Below, one piece after another: positions 10,911-25,089 of a stretch of DNA of 64,000 nt; position 1 is the stretch's first letter, and each line of letters begins with the position of its first letter. The position numbers were made by a program, and so were the translations under genes. Below the pieces are notes generated by a model. That model was not told where the DNA came from, did no database searches, and saw only the letters and a list, made by a program, of their open reading frames with translations. Origin of the DNA: Mobula hypostoma (Eukaryota); contig NC_086097.1 in assembly GCF_963921235.1 (NCBI RefSeq), positions 217,250,001 to 217,314,000 of the forward strand, in the 5' to 3' direction.

Positions 10911-13900
10911 ATCTAAGTAATCAGAAGACATCCTGATTAAAGGGGTAATTCCTTTCGTACTCATGTTCCCCATTTTATTTTGAGAGGAAGAAAATGTTGT
11001 ATTAAGGAATCACTGATGTTTTCCACTGTGTGCTATTTTGATTTATCTTCACATTTTAGACAGTGATGCCTGTTGCTGCAAACTGATTATTGATGAAGCC
11101 TTGCATAATTTTACTAAGCACATTATTGACCTTTTGTTAAAAGCAGGCTTTGTCTTTGCATTATGTTCTTATTACATATTTTGTGACTCTTCTACATACA
11201 CCATTTTCTCAAATTTTTAAAATGTAGCATGTTCTATTTTCCAAGTGTTGCATTCATTGTTACCATAGTATCTGTGTATTTGAGACAGAACTTATTGTCT
11301 GCACAAACACATATAATTGCCAATATCTGTACATTCAGTGCACTGCAATTGTATGTGGTAATACAAAATAACCATTATTATCTCATGTAAAATTTTGACC
11401 CATAGTTCTATTGAATTATAGAACTTTACATTAATAAAATAGGCCATTAAGTAAAAGTATTGTAAACAACATTCTAGATAATTGATTATATAATTACATT
11501 TATAGTTTAATTCATGTATTAACTGTTTGCAATGGAATTAGAAACACTTAGAAAAGTCTGGATTGGGGGCAATCCTGCTACAGTTACTCACTGCGCTTAA
11601 GCAACTAAATTGGTCTAAGCAAAGGGCATAATTCAACGTTATGTTAAAGCATCAATTCATCCTTTTCTTGAAAACATGCAATTTAACATCTCACTTAACT
11701 TAAAACCTAATCGACATCGTCCAAACATAAATCATATGGCTCTGCATTTAATTTTAAAGCTTCTGTCTGAAGGAGTTCCTTTTGACTTACTTGTCATTTA
11801 TACAATGGAAAGACAAAAAAAAATAGCATTTCAGTTAACATTGTCCCATCTGTTGAGTTTACTCAAGCTGCTAAATCTCCTCTTGTGAGGCACACGATTC
11901 CAAACTGACCAGAGCAACTGTTAATGATTTTATTTACATGAATCGAGTATGAATTTAGCCTTACACTCTTTAGAGGTTTTAAGTATAACAGATCAACAAT
12001 TCTCCAACAAAATTCATTTGATAATTTAAAAATGACTAAAGATGAAATTAATCATGAAATTAACCATAAGGAAGAGTAACATACATTATCATAATGGATA
12101 AATAAAGCCAGTTATTATACATTTTAGCATTTGGTAATTTATACCACCTTATGTATGTTCTCTGCTTTGTGATGTGGATCTATACTTGCAGTATTTTGCT
12201 GCTGAGCACAGGTCACTGAATTTACCAGTTGGTAATTACCTGTAGCTAGCACATTCATGGTAAATTATATTTGCATGTGTTTCAAAAATTATTTACCTAG
12301 AATAGCTAAAATTATTTAACCTTTTTCAGTGGGGTGATTTTTATGAAAATATATTTAGGATAAGGAAAAACAAATGGCTGGAATTGTGAAATATAAACAG
12401 CAAATGCTGAAAATAACAGATTGGACAGAATACTTTTGTCTCCATGTATCTTACTTGATTTATTTAATCTTATCTATCTGTATCCTGTATATGTATGTAA
12501 TTATATACCACGTGATTTTGTAAAGTAAATTGAATGACAGTTAACAAAATCTTTATCTTTGAGTTGGAGGCAATTAATTAAATCTAATTGAACTGTAGTC
12601 TTTACAGAAAGACAGATGGAGCTAATGGGGGTTCAAATGAAAAATATGGAACAGTAGACAGGTGCACTTCAGCATTTTGACCCTGTGGCCCAGATAAGCA
12701 GGATGGTTGGATTAACCCTCTTGGCTTCAAATGTACGTAACTCAGCCACCCCTAGCAGGCGCAGTAACTGGAATTGTACCAGGTTTACAGCTGTAACAAT
12801 GACTATCTTTACAACAGTCCTCCGCTCTACAGGTGAGGACTTAGTACATATGACTCTCACACTCAATGATTAATAATAGCTTATTTGCAAATTGTGCTCT
12901 AAAGAGCAAGAATAAAGCAGTGGCCCAGTGGTTTATTGCTGGGGTGCTGTGACCTGTGAAGTGTAATTAATTGTGGTTGTTATTCATCCTCCTGACAGAT
13001 ACAAATATATTGACTCAGAATATAGGAGGCACAAGAAGGTGAGGTAATTAATTTCTCCTTAAACCTAGTTTATGAGTCTCTCTGCTAAGAAACCTACTAT
13101 ACATGTTTATGTGCTGCTCACGCATGAGTACCGTATGTTTAAACAACTTGTATGGTGTCAATATGCAGTAGTTCCCATCATCAAGGAAATTCATGAGTCT
13201 TTCATGCTGAAAGTTCTCAATTAATACTAATGAAATGTTACATCAATTGTAACTGAAACTTACTGGCCATGTGCCGAAGCTGAGGAGTTAAACAAGCCCC
13301 ATAACTGACAACAATTGAATTACTGAGTTGTTCTGTCAACTTTAATAGATTGACAACATTTCACCACAAGGGAGCACTCTCTGAGCAAGTTCAATGCAGC
13401 CACTAGTCCTTTTACTGATCATATTTTATTTATATGTAACTTCAAAAAGGATTTTTTTCAGATTATTAATGAGAAATATCCTAAAGTAAGAATTTGAGAA
13501 TGGTGTAGAGTTAAATAAAATGTGGTGTTTACTAAAATGCTTTAAACTATATTGTAAACTTAATCTCGTAAATTTGGTTTTACAAGAAAGATTATGGTTA
13601 CCCTGAAACGATTAATCAATTCCACTTTGAATAAGTTAAACAACCAGATGATTAACATACCAAATTCACAAGAACAACAAAGTTCAGAAGTTAATTACTA
13701 TCAAATTTACATTTATATAGTCCTCAATGAAGTAAAATATCCCAAGAAATTCCACAAGAGCTTTATCAAACAAAAAAAATTGACATTAAGTCAGAAAAGA
13801 TAATATCGGGACAGATAGTCAAACACTTGGTGCAGGAAGAAGATTTTAACTGATATTGTAATAGAGGAGGTTTTGTAGAAAGAATTTCTGCAGTTAGACC

Positions 13901-14227
13901 TGGCAGCAGAAGCAATGCTAACTAGTAAGAGAGTGATTCAAATTAATGAACAGTAAGTGACGAGGATTAGAATGAAAATAATTGCTTTTTATTCCACATT
14001 TTCATAAGCATGCCTCAGGATTGTATTCAGACAAAACTAACATCTAGCCAAAGGAGATATATGTAAAAGAAATGTCAAACTGCAAAATGCACAGTGGTAG
14101 AAAATGCCCAGCCAGTCAGATGCTGGTGGTGGAGAGAGTAATAATAGCCAATATCACAGATAGATCCCCATAGAGTAGAATAAGCCAGTTCTGATACAAA
14201 TAGAAAAAATTAATTATCTGAAGTTGA

Positions 14228-14450
14228 GCCTGCTTCCCCATTCAATAAGATCATGGCTAATCTGGCCACGGACTCATCTCCACCTACTTGCCTTTTCCCC
14301 ATAACCCTTAATTACCCTACTATGCAAAAATCTATCCAACCTTGTCTTAAGTATATTTACTGAGGTAGTCTTTACTGCTTAATTGGGCAGAGAATTCCAC
14401 AGATTCACCACTCTCTGGGAAAAGCAGCTCCTCCTTATCTCCATCCTAAC
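14228..14450 (-). mobile_element. CR1 3' fragment
   Basis: Reverse complement of CAGAGAGTGGTGAATCTGTGGAATTCTCTGCC (QRVVNLWNSLP) and CR1 3' UTR. Confidence 0.8.
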
Positions 14451-14913
14451 TTGTTGAATTTAGTAATGAGTGCCAAAGACTGCACATGCTTATGCAGAAA
14501 ACAATGTGCTGTTCTTCAAGCTTACATTGGACCTTGTAATAAAAATGCAAGAGGCTTGCAGTTGCCCCATAAAAGGAATCCAAGTGCTCCACAAAGCAGA
14601 CACCCAATCTGTTTCTGGTCTCTCTCAGCCAGAGAAGGCTACATTGTGAGCACCAAATGTTCTACATGAATTTGGAAGATGTGATCCGGAACTTGACATG
14701 GTGCTAGTGATATGAGTATAGCTGATGTTTTTAAGGGATCAGAGGTGGAAGAGCATAAAGTTCAGAGAGGCATGCATATGAAAGACAACATATAAGTGTC
14801 AGCAAAAATAATTATTCACATCGCTGTCCAAAATCTTTATAAGTTAGTATTAAAAAAAATTTCAATTCTATATCAAAACTACGCCCTCCCAAAATGAGAT
14901 GCTGTCTTGTTCA

Positions 14914-15090
14914 CACAAGGAAATCTGCAGATGCTGAAATTTCAAGTAACACACATAAAAGTTGCTGGTGAATGCAGCAGGCCAGGCAGCAACTCTAGGA
15001 AGAGGTCAGTTCTAGGAAGAGGTACAGTTAACGTTTCGGGCCGAGACCCTTCATCAGGACTAACTGAAAGAAGAGCTAGTAAGAGATTTG
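14914..15090 (-). mobile_element. Penelope-like terminal fragment with hammerhead
   Basis: 10-bp TSD GTCTTGTTCA (14904-14913, 15091-15100); CTGATGA...GAAACGTT core at 15026-15061. Confidence 0.85.
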
Positions 15091-15441
15091 GTCTTGTTCA
15101 TAAAGTTGTTTTTGATCCATTGTGTTTCTACTTATTAACAGGTTTTAGATCTTTTATAGATTCTAAGTTCCAATAGTTTACAATAATCATTTTATCATTT
15201 TAACAGAGTAACACTATGATTGATTCAAATGCTTTTCATTCACAAAGTAGGAGTTGTTGATGAAAAACAGGCTTCAGATCTATTACAGTAGATCTCGTGC
15301 ATTGTGAAACAAAGCAGCGCAGAAAGAAATGTTGATTTGACTATCCCTTAAGGCTCTCCATCTTTGTGGCTCCACTTGATTTCTGACTCAAATAATTCCC
15401 CGCAGTTCCTTTTTGCTGCTTTCCCCTTTGAAGTTATGGAC

Positions 15442-15715
15442 TCATAGAACATGGAACAGTACAGTACAGTACAGCCCCTTTGGCCCACAATGTTGTGCCA
15501 ACCTTTTAACCTGCTCTAAGATCAATCTAACCCTTCCCTCCAACATAGACTCCATTCTTCTATCATCCATGTGTCTATCTAAGAGTCTCTTAAACTTTCC
15601 TAATATACCTGCCCCTACCACCACCCCTGGCAGTGTGTTCCATGCACCCACCACTCTATATGTAAAGAAACCTAACTCTGACATCTTCCTTATACTCTCC
15701 TTCTATTACCTTAAA
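15442..15715 (-). mobile_element. CR1 3' fragment
   Basis: FFTYRVVGAWNTLPGVVV..KFKRLLDRHM followed by a CR1 tail. Confidence 0.85.
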
Positions 15716-15765
15716 ATTATGCTCCTTCTCTTCTCATCCCTCCTGACTTTCCTTCTTTTGATTAT

Positions 15766-15882
15766 CACAAACAAGAGAAAATCTACAGATGCTGGAAATC
15801 TGAGCAACACACTCAAAGTGCTGAAATGTCAAAACGTCGACTGAATTTTTTTCATAGGTCCTCCAGCATTTTGTGTGAGTTG
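15766..15882. mobile_element. Short inverted Penelope terminal remnant
   Basis: 14-bp TSD CTTCTTTTGATTAT (15752-15765, 15883-15896) around two oppositely oriented terminal pieces. Confidence 0.75.
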
Positions 15883-16221
15883 CTTCTTTTGATTATGTCC
15901 AGTGCTCGTGATTCTGTAATAACTATTTTCTCTCTTTCCCTCTCTTTCTTTGTGCTGTGACACCTCTCAAAGGATTTTCAAAACTACTAATCTTCCTCCA
16001 CCTTGAATGCATCCTGTTTAAGTGCCCTGAGTTAGACCATTTAGTAATGCGATAAGCAACAAGATCTGCTTCAAAATGTGTGTTGTCATTTCCTCAGCTG
16101 CTCCGAATGTACTTCAAATGACCTCGCTACAGTCCCCCATACTGATTCTTTCACTCACCATGCTGTTTGTGGGCACCTGTAATCATTCTGCTTCTCAGGC
16201 TTGACCTTTGTCCAAACAGAT

Positions 16222-17365
16222 TGAAGCATGGAAGGTTTGTCCAGAAAGTTAACTCGCTTGGCATTCAGGAAGAAGTAGCCAGTTAAATCCTACATTGGCT
16301 CAGTGGGAGAAGCTAGCGAGATGTAGCAGATGGTTGTATCTCTGACTGGACACCTGTGACTGGTAGTGTGGTGCAGGAGTCTGTACTAGGTCCATTGTTG
16401 TTTGTCATTTATATTACTGTAAAGTGGATCAGCTAGTTTGCTATGAAACCAAAACTGAGGGCCAAGTGGAGAGCAAAAAAGACTATCAAAGTTTGCAGTG
16501 TAATCTTGACCAGCTGACAAAATGGGCTGAAAAATGGCAGATGAAAGTTAATGCAGACAAGTGTGAGGTGTCACATATAGGTGGGCAAACCAGGGTTAGA
16601 CTTACACAGTGAATGATAGGGCATGAGCTGTGCCATAGAACAAAGGGACCTGGGAGTACAGATCTACTATTCCTTGCAAGTGGCATCACAGAGAGATGGG
16701 ACTGTAAAGAGAGTCTTTGGCACATTGGCCTTGGTAAATCAGGGCACTGAATACAGGAGTTGGGATGCTATGTTGAAGCTGTACCAGATGTTAGTGAGGC
16801 TAAATTTAGAGTATCATGTGCAGTTCTGGCTACCTTCCTACAGGAAAGATAGCAATGAGTTTGAAAGAGTGTAGAGAAAAGTTACAAGGATGTTGCTGGG
16901 AATTAAGGAATGATAGGGGAAGGCTGCATAGGTTAGGAGCACAGATATTTTAGAGGTATACAAAATTATGAAGTGTATAGATAGGGTAACTACATGCAGC
17001 CTTTTCCCCCTCAGGTTGAGCAAGACTAGGACTGGAGGTCATAGGATTCGGGTGAAGGGTAACATATTTAAGGGGAATCTGAGGGGAAGCATCTTCACTG
17101 AGAAGATGGTGAAGCTGCCAGCAGCAGTGGTAGATGCAAGTTCAATTACAACATTTAAGAGAACTTTGGATAGTGAGAGGTTTGCAGAACTATGGTCCAG
17201 GTTGCTGAATACTGATGTTTGATCTGAGGTTCTTTGGAAGTCAAGAATGGGGCGTAACTTAATGCTTACAATCCTTTATTGAGCACTAAAAGAACAAAGC
17301 AGACCCTGGTAGCGAGGATGAAGATGAAGACAAGAGAGACTGGGTGCAGGTAGGTTGGACTAGGC
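16222..17365 (+). mobile_element. Degenerate CR1 ORF2 3' half, with an LTR-like insert at ~17216-17340
   Basis: LDQLTKWAEKWQMKVNADKCEV, LVRLNLEYHVQFW and TGGHRIRVKG motifs, broken by stops and frameshifts. Confidence 0.85.
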
Positions 17366-18289
17366 AGAAGATCTGGTTACCAGCCTATAAAGTACCCAGG
17401 ACATCTTCAAGGAGCGGTGTCTCAGAAAGGCAGTGTCCATGATTGATTAAGGACTCCCAGCACCCAGGGTGTGCCCTTTTCTCACTGTTACCATCAGATA
17501 GGAGATACAGAAGCCTGAAGGCACAAACTCAGCAATTCAGGAACAGCTTCTTCCCCTCTGCCTTCGGATTCCTAAATGGACATTGAATCCATGAACACTA
17601 CCTCACTTTTTGAATAAACATTTTCTCTGTTTTTGCACGATACTTAATCTATTCAAAATACATTTACTGTAATTGACTTTACTTATTTATTTATTTTTAC
17701 TTTTTTTTCTTCTTCTATATTATGTATTGTATTGAACTGCTGCTCATAAGTTGACAAATTTCACGACATATACCAGTGATAATAAACCTGATTCTGATTC
17801 TGCTCTTAGTCTTCCTCTGAGCTGATTATCAAGGTCTATAGATGTACTCATTGCCTCAAAAATGGCAAATGGCAGGCTTGTTTCTTGGTAGCTTGTAGAG
17901 ACACTTCAATAATAAACACCATCTGTCCTGATATGATAGTGCGTTGTTTGCTTCTCTTGCTGATCTGGAGTGAAACAAACAAGTGCCCAGGCTCATCTGA
18001 ACAGACAACACTGCAAGCCTCTGATAGAATGCTCTCAGTGCCGTATTTTAATGTCACAGAAGGTGCATTCTTTGTTAACATTGCCATCTCCAATTACCAA
18101 TCCACTTCTGGGGATATCGTATTCCCATTCCCTCCTGTGTGGTTTCACCACAGTCCTGGGCTCTATATTATTTGATTTTTTTTTGTCAGTCTATTTCATA
18201 CTCCACGTTTGTATGCATTGTCCCAGCTTTTCCTGAATTCTGCTGCTTAGATCATCTCTTAACACAAGCTTCACATTCCATTGTAATTC

Positions 18290-19360
18290 TATTGTAATGG
18301 TTCCTTCCCATCTGTTCTCATGATGAGGCCTTCCACGCCAGGACATCAGGCCATCTGAGATGTACAGCTTTTACAGAAAATGGGGTCCCCCCACCACACA
18401 ATTGATGGTTCCCTCACCAGCATCTCCTCTATTTCCCACACTTCTGTCCTCACCTTATCTCCCATAGGCAGAACAGGGATAGAGTTCTCCTAGTCCTTGC
18501 CTACAATCCAGTCAGGTTACATATCATTCTCCTCAACATCTGCCATCTCCAAAAGGATCTCACCACCAGGCACTTCTTCCCCTTCCCTCCCTTCCCTGCT
18601 TTCTGCAGGAATTGCTCTTTCTGTTACTCCCTTGTCCACTCATTCTTCCCTCCCCTGCAACTGCACAAAGGGCAGCCTTACATCTCATCCCTGATCATTG
18701 ATGATATGTCAACACAGACTGGAGGAAATTGCTTCACCATGCACCTCCATCATACCAACCACAATCTCCCAGTGGCCAACCATTCCCAAGTCTCCATCTG
18801 TTCCATTGAACTTCAAATTCTCATGCTTCCAATCATTACTTTCTTCCTTCTCCCTTTTCCTATATTAATTTTTCTTCTCTTCTTCTTTCTCCTCTTAATC
18901 CAACTGATCCCATCACCCTATGTCTTTCCCTATTCCTTCCCCTCCCCCTTCCTGCTTGCTTATCACCCACACATTCCTTCCACTGGTTTCTCTCGCCAGC
19001 ACTCCAGCGTCTTCTTCCATCATATTCCATCATCTGCCCTTTATCACTTCGAATTATCTCCTCCCAACTTTTGATATCATTCCCATCCTCATCTGCCTAA
19101 CACCCCCTCCCCGCACCTACATCCACCTCTCACCTGCAAGCTCTTGCTCCACCCCTTCCTCCACCTTTTTATCTACCCCTATCCCCCCTTTCTTTCCAGT
19201 CTAATGACGGGCTTCGATCGGTAATGTTGTGAACAAAGTGAAGGTGCTCGACAAAGTGATTCTTTGCCCCCATTTCACCAGCATGGAGGATGCTGCTTGT
19301 CGATTTCTCTCCAGAGATGCTACCTGACCTGCTGAGTTCCTCCATTACCTTCTATACTGC
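18290..19360 (+). mobile_element. Old Penelope-like element remnant
   Basis: Degenerate similarity to 9312-9899 and 620-1370, with a pyrimidine-rich UTR and terminal repeat GATGCTACCTGACCTGCTGAGTTCCTCC. Confidence 0.6.
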
Positions 19361-19409
19361 TCAGCTCAAGATTGCACATTTTTTTCCATCTTCTTCATGT
19401 TAAATTTAT

Positions 19410-19740
19410 TGTTTTTAATCCAAGGTTCCTTTGGAAGTCAGGAAAGAGACACAAATCATGTTACTTCACAATCGTTTTATTATATGTTAATAGAACAAAG
19501 AAAATCTAAAATGGACAGCAACAGGAGCAGAGCTAGTAGTAGAAGAGAGTGAGAAGCAAAGAGAAGAGATGGCACTGTCTTGTCAGCTCTTTTTATACCC
19601 ATAGGTAGAAACATTCCAATCAAATTCGCAAATAAGAGTCAGCCAATCAGATAGCCCTTATTCAAATAATGCAGCACCAGAGAAGCTTCCAGAGCTTTCC
19701 AGAATCATACAAGTGTAACCACTAGGGGCACACTGAACAA
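19410..19740 (-). mobile_element. Probable solo LTR, related to 17216-17340
   Basis: The minus strand reads two CCAAT-box elements, TATAAAA (~19590), AATAAA (~19475) and a terminal CA at 19410. It shares TTTGGAAGTCA…TACAATC…TTTATT with 17228-17280. No TSD found. Confidence 0.45.
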
Positions 19741-19969
19741 CTTCATATACATACTGTGACCACTAGGAAACCTGCTAAACAGTTATAAGTAAACTGTTCT
19801 ATAAAAATCACAAGCAGGTAATTAATTGTTAAACTGCAAAGAAGATAATAATTAAACAATTTAATACAACTTACGTTATTACCATGGTTGACTGTTCCAT
19901 AATCTTGATCCTTTGCATCCATGAGAAACATAGATAATGGTCTTTACTGGCAGTTGTTTCCTTCATTGA

Positions 19970-20515
19970 TCATAGAAACATAGAAAACCTACAGCACAAT
20001 ACAGGCCCTTCGGCACACAAAGTTGTGCCGAACATGTCCCTACCTTAGAAATTACTAGGCTTACTCATAGCCCTCTATTTTTCTAAGCTCCATGTAACTA
20101 TCCAGAAGTCTCTTAAAAGACCCTATCGTATCCACCTCCACCACTGTTGCCGGCAGCCCATTCTATGCACTCACTACTCTCCAAGTAAAAATCTTACCCC
20201 TGATATCTCCTCTGTACCTACTCCCCAGCACCCTAAACTTGTGTCTTCTTGTGGCAACCATTTCAGCCCTGGGAAAAAGCCTCTGACTATCCACACGATC
20301 AATGCCTCTCATCATCTTATACACCTCTATTAGGTCACCTCTCATCCTCCGTCACTCCAAGGAGAAAAGGCTGAGTTCACTCAACCTGTTTTCATAAGGC
20401 ATACTCCCCAATCTAGGCAACATCCTTATAAATCTTCTCTGCACCCTTTCTATGGCTTCCACTTCCTTCCTGTAGTGAGGCAACCAGAACTGAGCACAGT
20501 ACTCCAAGTGGGAGT
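19970..20515 (-). mobile_element. CR1 3' fragment
   Basis: MRGDLIEVYKMMRGIDRVDSQRLFP; (TTTCTATG)n tail at 19970-19986. Confidence 0.9.
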
Positions 20516-22319
20516 ACTGTGGAATACCCTGTACACTGACAGTTAAAGCAGTCCTGGGTGACAGATCTCACGGATCCTCATGTTTCTGTCCCACCACAGG
20601 AATCTTTTGTTCCAACCTGACTTGCCTCTGTCTCAGTCTCTCCCACTATACCATTCCCTATCCCACAACAAGCATTCCATATAGCAGGAAATGTAATAAA
20701 CTGCTGCTGAAATGCACAACACATCCAGGAATTTGCTCCTATTAATTGCAAACATATTTTAAATGCAGTTAGTTACAGTTTCCATTGAAATGATGTGGGT
20801 GAAAATAGAATGTGCAGGTAACATGGGCAGTATGCAATTGAAAAAAATTACTGGTTAGTTCAAAAGCAGGAAACACTAGAAGCACGAGACTAACGGATGC
20901 CTATATACATAAATTACCCTGAGATTCATTTTCTTGTGGGCATATTCAATAAATCTATAGAATAATAATGAATGTCCAACTAGGGCATTCAACCAGAGCC
21001 CAGAAGACAACAAACTGTGCAAATTCAAAAGAAGAAATAATAATAATAATAAATAAACAAGCAATAAATATTGAGAACATGAGATGAAGCGTCCTTGAAA
21101 GTGCGTCCATAGCTTGCGGGAACATTTCAATGATGGGGCAAGTGAATTTGAGTGAAGTTAACCCCTTTGGTTCAAGAGCCTGATGGTAGGTAATGCTGGA
21201 GGAACTCAGAAGTTCAGGAAGCATCTATGGAAATGAAGAAACAGTTGACATTTCAGACCGAGACTAAGCCCATTTTGTGTATGTTGCTCTGGATTTCCAG
21301 CATTTGCAGAATCTCTTGTGTGTATGATTGGCTAAACTAAATTTTGTTTCTGTTTTAACAGCAATTTTTGACTTTATAGCATGAACCTTTATTGCGGTAA
21401 ATTGTACCATCATTTATCTCGCACAGCCTCTTTCTGAGCCATTTAGTAGTGAATAAAACATTCATTTAGGCACAGTTTCTTTTGGAAATGCTGAGATGTG
21501 AGCGATTATTCCAACGATCAGAGAAGTGGCAACTGACCACATGATGCCAACTCTCCCAATGATTCAAATCATGAGATGAGGTTGGAAGCTGCCCTATTTG
21601 CCTCTGAATTCAGTTGCTACAGCCAGAATGGCAAAAGCCTAATGACTTTGACTTTAGTGTACTGGACTAAAGACGGAACAAAGCCAGACAGGGTTCATCG
21701 GTGACCAACAGAAACTTGAAAAGGAGAGGAGTAGGTACAAATTTGACTCGTTTCAAATTTAAAAGGACTTCAACACAGCAGATGGGCTCCTCCCATGGTA
21801 AAATGCCAGGCACCATTGGCAAACTAATCACAATAAAATCACACAGGGCTGGCCAACTATGCTTGTGATGACCAGAGAGGTTGGGATAGGGAAGGGGTGA
21901 CAGCAAATCCTGGCCACTCTTAGATCTTTCCTGAAAAGCCTCTGGAAATCATTGGCAAATTTCTTCCCTGGTCCCTTAGATATTCCTGCCCTTCAGGTTA
22001 TCCAGGAAAGGGCACCTCATCTGAATGTAGGCTAAGTTTTCGCTTGAGTCCAGAATTTTACCAAACAATCCCGACAAACAATCCTTACCCTGCCGCCCCC
22101 CCCCCCACCCACTGAGTTTTTGCTGCTTCTGCATCTTGTACCACATTGTGGAAATGTAACTGTGTAATCAAGTTCTATAAGGCAATAACTTCTCTTTTGT
22201 TCATAGATAAACAAAATGAGCAAATGATATACATGAAGGATGGAGAATATGCTGCCAAGGTTACAGATCAATCAGGCTCTGAAGTCAGTCTTATCCAAGC
22301 CAGTCAGACATAACAATGT

Positions 22320-24630
22320 ATTGGTTTATTGATATTGGTTTATTACTGTCAGCTGTACCAAGCTACACTGAACGGTTTAGATTGCTTACTGTTCATACAG
22401 ATCAGATCATTACACAGTGTATTGAACTATAATGAGGTAATATATTAACAATGCAGAATGAAGCGTAAAAGCCACTGAAAAAGTGAAGTGTAGCTAAACG
22501 ATAAAGTGCAAGGACACAACGAGGTAGATTTTGAAGATGAGAGTCCATCTTATCGTACAAGAGGTCCATTCAAGAGTCTGATAACAGTGGGATAGAATCT
22601 GTCCTTCAGTCTGGTGCTGTGTGCTTTCAGGCTTTTGTATCTTCTGCCCAGTGGGAGAGGAGAAAAGAGAGAATGTGTGGGGTGGGTGAGGTCTTTGATT
22701 ATGCTAGCCGCTTTACTCGGCAATGAAAAGTATAGGCAGAGTCCTTAGAGGGGAGACTGATTCTTGTGATGTGCTGAGCTGTGTCCACAACACTGTGCAG
22801 TTCCTTGCATTCACATGCAGAGTAGTTGCCATACCAACCTGTTATCCATCCAGACAGAATGCTTCCTTCAAAGTTCAAAGTAAAATTTATTATCAGAATT
22901 CATCCCAGTACAACCCTGAGATCCTTTTTACTGTAGGCATACCCAGCAAATCTAGAACAGTAACTGTAAACAGGATCAATGGAAGGACAAGAGCAGAGGA
23001 GACAACAAACTGTTGAAATGCAATGATAAATAGCAATAAGTAACAAGTGCATGAAATAAGAAGATAATGAGTCCTTAAGGTGAGATCACTGGTTGTGGGA
23101 ACATCTCGATAGATGAGTGTAAGTATTCTCTGTTGTTGATTATCCCTGATGGCTGAGGGACAGTAACTGTTCTTGAACCGGGTGGTGCGAATCCTGAGGC
23201 ACTTTGTACCTTCTGCCTGATGGCAGCAGTGAGGAAAGAGCAGGGCCTGGGTGGTGAGTGTCTTTGATGATAGATGCTGCTTTCCTACAGCAGTGTTTCA
23301 TGTCGATGTGCTGAATGATTTGGGAAGGCTATGTATTGGGCTAAATCCAATATCTTTTGTCAGATTTTCCATTCAAAAGCATTAGTATTCTATACGAGGC
23401 CATAATGCAGCCAGACATTACCCTCTCCACTACACATCTAAAGAAGTTTATCGAAGTTTTTATGACATGCTGAATCTCCGCAGCCTTCTAAGGAAGTAGA
23501 GACACTGCCGTGCTTTCTTTGCAATTATATTTATATGATGGTCCAGGACAGGTCCTCTGAGATAGTGATACCCAGGAATTTAAAGCTACAGATTACCTCT
23601 CCATCTCTGATCCTCTAATGAGGACTGGCTTTTAGACCTCTGGTTTCCCTCTCCTGAAGTCTACAATTGGCTCCTTGGTCTTGCTGACATTGAACGAGAG
23701 GTTGTTCTAACTACATTACTCAGCTAAATCTTCAATCTCGCTGCTGTATGCTGATTCATCACCATTTTGATATGGTCTACAGCAGTGGTGTCATCAGCAA
23801 ACTTGAATATGGTATTAGAGCTGTACTTAGCCACACGTCACAGGTTTAAGGCAAGTAAAGCAGGGGGCTAAGTCAACATCCATAGGACCATAAGACATAG
23901 GAGCAGAATTAGGCCATTAGACCCATCGAGTCTGCTCTGCCATTCAAACATGGCTGATCCTTGCAGCGCTCCTGTGCTGGTAGAGATTGTGGAGGAGATG
24001 TTTTTGCCAATCCAAACTGACTGGGATCTATAAGTGAGGAAATCCAGTACAAGGGGGTATTGAGGCCCAGGTCTTGGAGTCTACTGATTGGTTTTGAGGG
24101 GATGATGGTATGAAATGCTGAACTGTAATCGATAAAGAGCATCCTGATACATGCATCTTTGCTGTCTAGATGTTCCAGTGTTATGTGAGGAGCTAATGAG
24201 ATGGCATCCCTGGTGGACCTGTTGCTCCGGTAGGCAAAGTGGATAACATCCAAGTCACCACTCAGAGAGGAGCAGATATGTTTCAAGACCAACCTCTCAA
24301 AACACTTTATCACTGTGGATCTGCATCGATAAAAAATGGTAAGTGTTGGAGCGACATTGCAAGTGTATTTAGCCTCCTGAGGAAGTAGAGACATTGGTGA
24401 ACTTTCTTAGCTTCGACATTAATGCGGTCTGACTAGGAGAGGTTATTGGTGATGTTCACACATAGGAACTGGAAGCTCCCGAACCTCTCAACCTCAACAC
24501 TGTTGATGTAAACAGGAGCCTGTGCACCCCACCCCCTCGTTCTGAAATCAATGACTAGCTTTTTTGTTTTGTTGACATTGAGGGAAGGGTTGTTGTCATG
24601 ACACCACATCACTAAGCTATTTCCTTCCTG
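22320..24630 (-). mobile_element. Nested Rex1/Babar LINE fragments
   Basis: ORF 23909-24394 contains KCFERLVLKHI…FAYRSNRSTRDAI…RMLFIDYSSAF. There are at least two stacked 3' ends and a short CR1 tail inserted at ~23880-23960. Confidence 0.8.
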
Positions 24631-25089
24631 TACACCATGCTTAGAGGGATACAGCTTTTAAATAGCATCGGTTCAAAAAGCAGTGATATTTGTCTTCTTC
24701 TTTATTAATCTTTTTATTGATTTTTTTAAAAAAGCATAAACACAGTCAAGAGCAGAATTAATTCAAATATATATATCAGTAACAATATAAACCAAGATTA
24801 AGACAAATGTCAAAATCATAGATATTGTTAAACTAGTATAAAATATATAATAATAAAAAAAATGAAAATAACAATTCTCCTCTTACCAGTTTATGAAGAG
24901 AAAGGAAAAAACTTTGGGTTTTAAATGAAAAGAAAAAAAACCCACTACACTATAATAAAACAAAAACAAAGGGACTGGGCAGTCCATTTTGAGGATACGA
25001 CCAAAAAAAAAAGAAAGAGAGACTTTCTGATCAGATCTAAAACTTCAAAAAAATGATGATTGAAAGAGTAATGATATTTGTCACAGATA

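Noticed and set aside
10995..11070. CACTGTG heptamer as a possible J-RSS; isolated CACAGTG also near 14089, 22413, 49918 and 59814
   Set aside because: No consensus nonamer at 12 or 23 bp spacing and no adjacent FGxG/WGxG or V-region YYC coding sequence; the frequency is compatible with chance.
17848..18236. Overlapping ORFs with an apparent signal peptide (MIVRCLLLLLIWS)
   Set aside because: No recognisable domain or clear splice framework, and it lies between repeat remnants. Not supportable as a gene.
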